DNA of 8,253 nt, taken from the NCBI GenBank assembly GCA_051294375.1, contig JBJCIZ010000678.1, positions 2,157-10,409 of the forward strand. Reading direction: 5' to 3'. The first letter of the stretch is position 1, and each line of letters opens with the position of its first letter. Of this stretch, positions 7,476-8,253 are shown piece after piece. Made by a program: the position numbers and the translations under genes. The notes beneath the pieces were generated by a model. That model saw only the letters and a program-made list of their open reading frames with translations, was not told where the DNA came from and searched no databases. This stretch comes from Paraspadella gotoi (lineage: Eukaryota > Animalia > Chaetognatha).

Positions 7476-8253
7476 GAGGGCGAACACTCGACAACCTCAA
7501 CGACGCCACCTTCGCGTCATCGCCGACAGTTGGAGGAGCTCCACTCGCGATCTGCTACGCTAGAGCCTGGAAGGCCTTCTGCGCTTCCTTCAGCGTCGGG
7601 ACGTTCGAGGACTTGAGCGTCTGTTTGAACGATGTTTTGGAGTTTTGGCCATCTTGGTGGAGATGGGCCTTTCATACAGCACTGTAAACCTCCACTCGCT
7701 ACGTTTTCGGCCACGCTGCCGCCGTGGTTCCTTCCCAGTTGGAGAGCATCCCTCGTTCGCCGTTTCCTCAAGGGCACTTTTGAACGTCGCCCCCCTTTCG
7801 CGGCGTCTTTTCCCTCCATGGAATGCGCGTCAGTTTTGCGCGTTGACTTTCGCCTCTTCCGCTGTCGCCGCCCCTCACATTCTCCGGCGCTCTCTCTTCC
7901 TCATTCGCGCTCGCTTCAGCAAGGAGGCCTTCGGAGATTGTTTCGCTCAAATGCGATCACGCCCACTTCTCTTTGGCACAGGATCAATGCGCGTTTTGTG
8001 CCCTCATCGCCTCTCCAAGACGGATCGGTCGGCCACTTAGGCCCGGCTTTTCGAGTGGATGCGCTCCCGTCTTCTCGCGCTGCCCACTCAACGCATCAGG
8101 GAGTGGCTTGCGCGTTCGCGAGGTTTTGTCGCCGGAACCATCTTTTCTTTTCTGCGCTCCGTCGCATCCCTACAAGCAGCTGTTCCGCAACGTCTTGCGT
8201 CCCATTCTCAAGGCTCTTTTCCTCGAGGCGGAAGTGACGCCCCCTCCCCGGCT
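7476..8253 (+). pseudogene. Tyrosine recombinase (phage-integrase-like), frameshifted, truncated by window end
   Basis: N-terminal binding-domain pattern VIADSWRSST..AWKAFC (~7516-7582), LAILVEMGLSYSTVNLH (~7645-7695), GEHP/LVRRFLKGTFERRP..PPWN (~7741-7824); box I ALASARRPSEI (7907-7939); LSKTDR catalytic Lys (8011-8028); HLFFS (~8140). Box II and the catalytic Tyr are not in the window. Confidence 0.85.

Larger units (their letters stand above)
3459..8253 (+). mobile_element. DIRS1-like tyrosine-recombinase retrotransposon (3' part beyond window; pol and YR degenerate or error-laden)
   Basis: Domain order gag - RT - RNase H - MT-like - tyrosine recombinase, with no protease or DDE integrase. 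Abrupt shift from AT-rich DNA to GC-richer DNA at ~3459 coincides with a repeat motif that recurs inverted at 4320-4349. The left boundary is inferred; it could alternatively be ~4376. Confidence 0.9.

Noticed and set aside
4618-7950. Many minus-strand ORFs inside the element
   Set aside because: Antisense shadows of GC-rich coding sequence with no recognisable motifs.
5576-8253. Prokaryotic RT plus integrase system (retron, DGR, prophage) or LTR retrotransposon
   Set aside because: RT and RNase H motifs, MT domain, gag and YR order are those of DIRS1-like elements; there is no protease or DDE integrase.

Overview
Eukaryotic draft-assembly window (N gaps at 1188-1446, 1860-1869, 2419-2431, 2559-2568) with a very AT-rich host background; invertebrate or nematode origin is a guess. 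1-3458 is mostly intergenic or intronic and holds a MITE-like element with ~115-bp imperfect inverted arms (1907-2346), a short 15-bp tandem array and a few unassigned GC-richer patches. From ~3459 to the window end lies a tyrosine-recombinase (DIRS1-like) retrotransposon on the + strand. It has an intact gag-like ORF, a heavily frameshifted RT / RNase H / adenine-methyltransferase-like pol, and a frameshifted tyrosine recombinase cut off by the window edge. Most notable points: (i) a hairpin at 4320-4399 that is complementary to the element's left end and looks like a DIRS internal complementary region (ICR), but sits upstream of gag instead of near the 3' end; (ii) an extra degenerate ORF between the left end and that hairpin; (iii) gag and pol in the same frame separated only by TGA-CGG plus a stem-loop, suggesting stop-codon readthrough.
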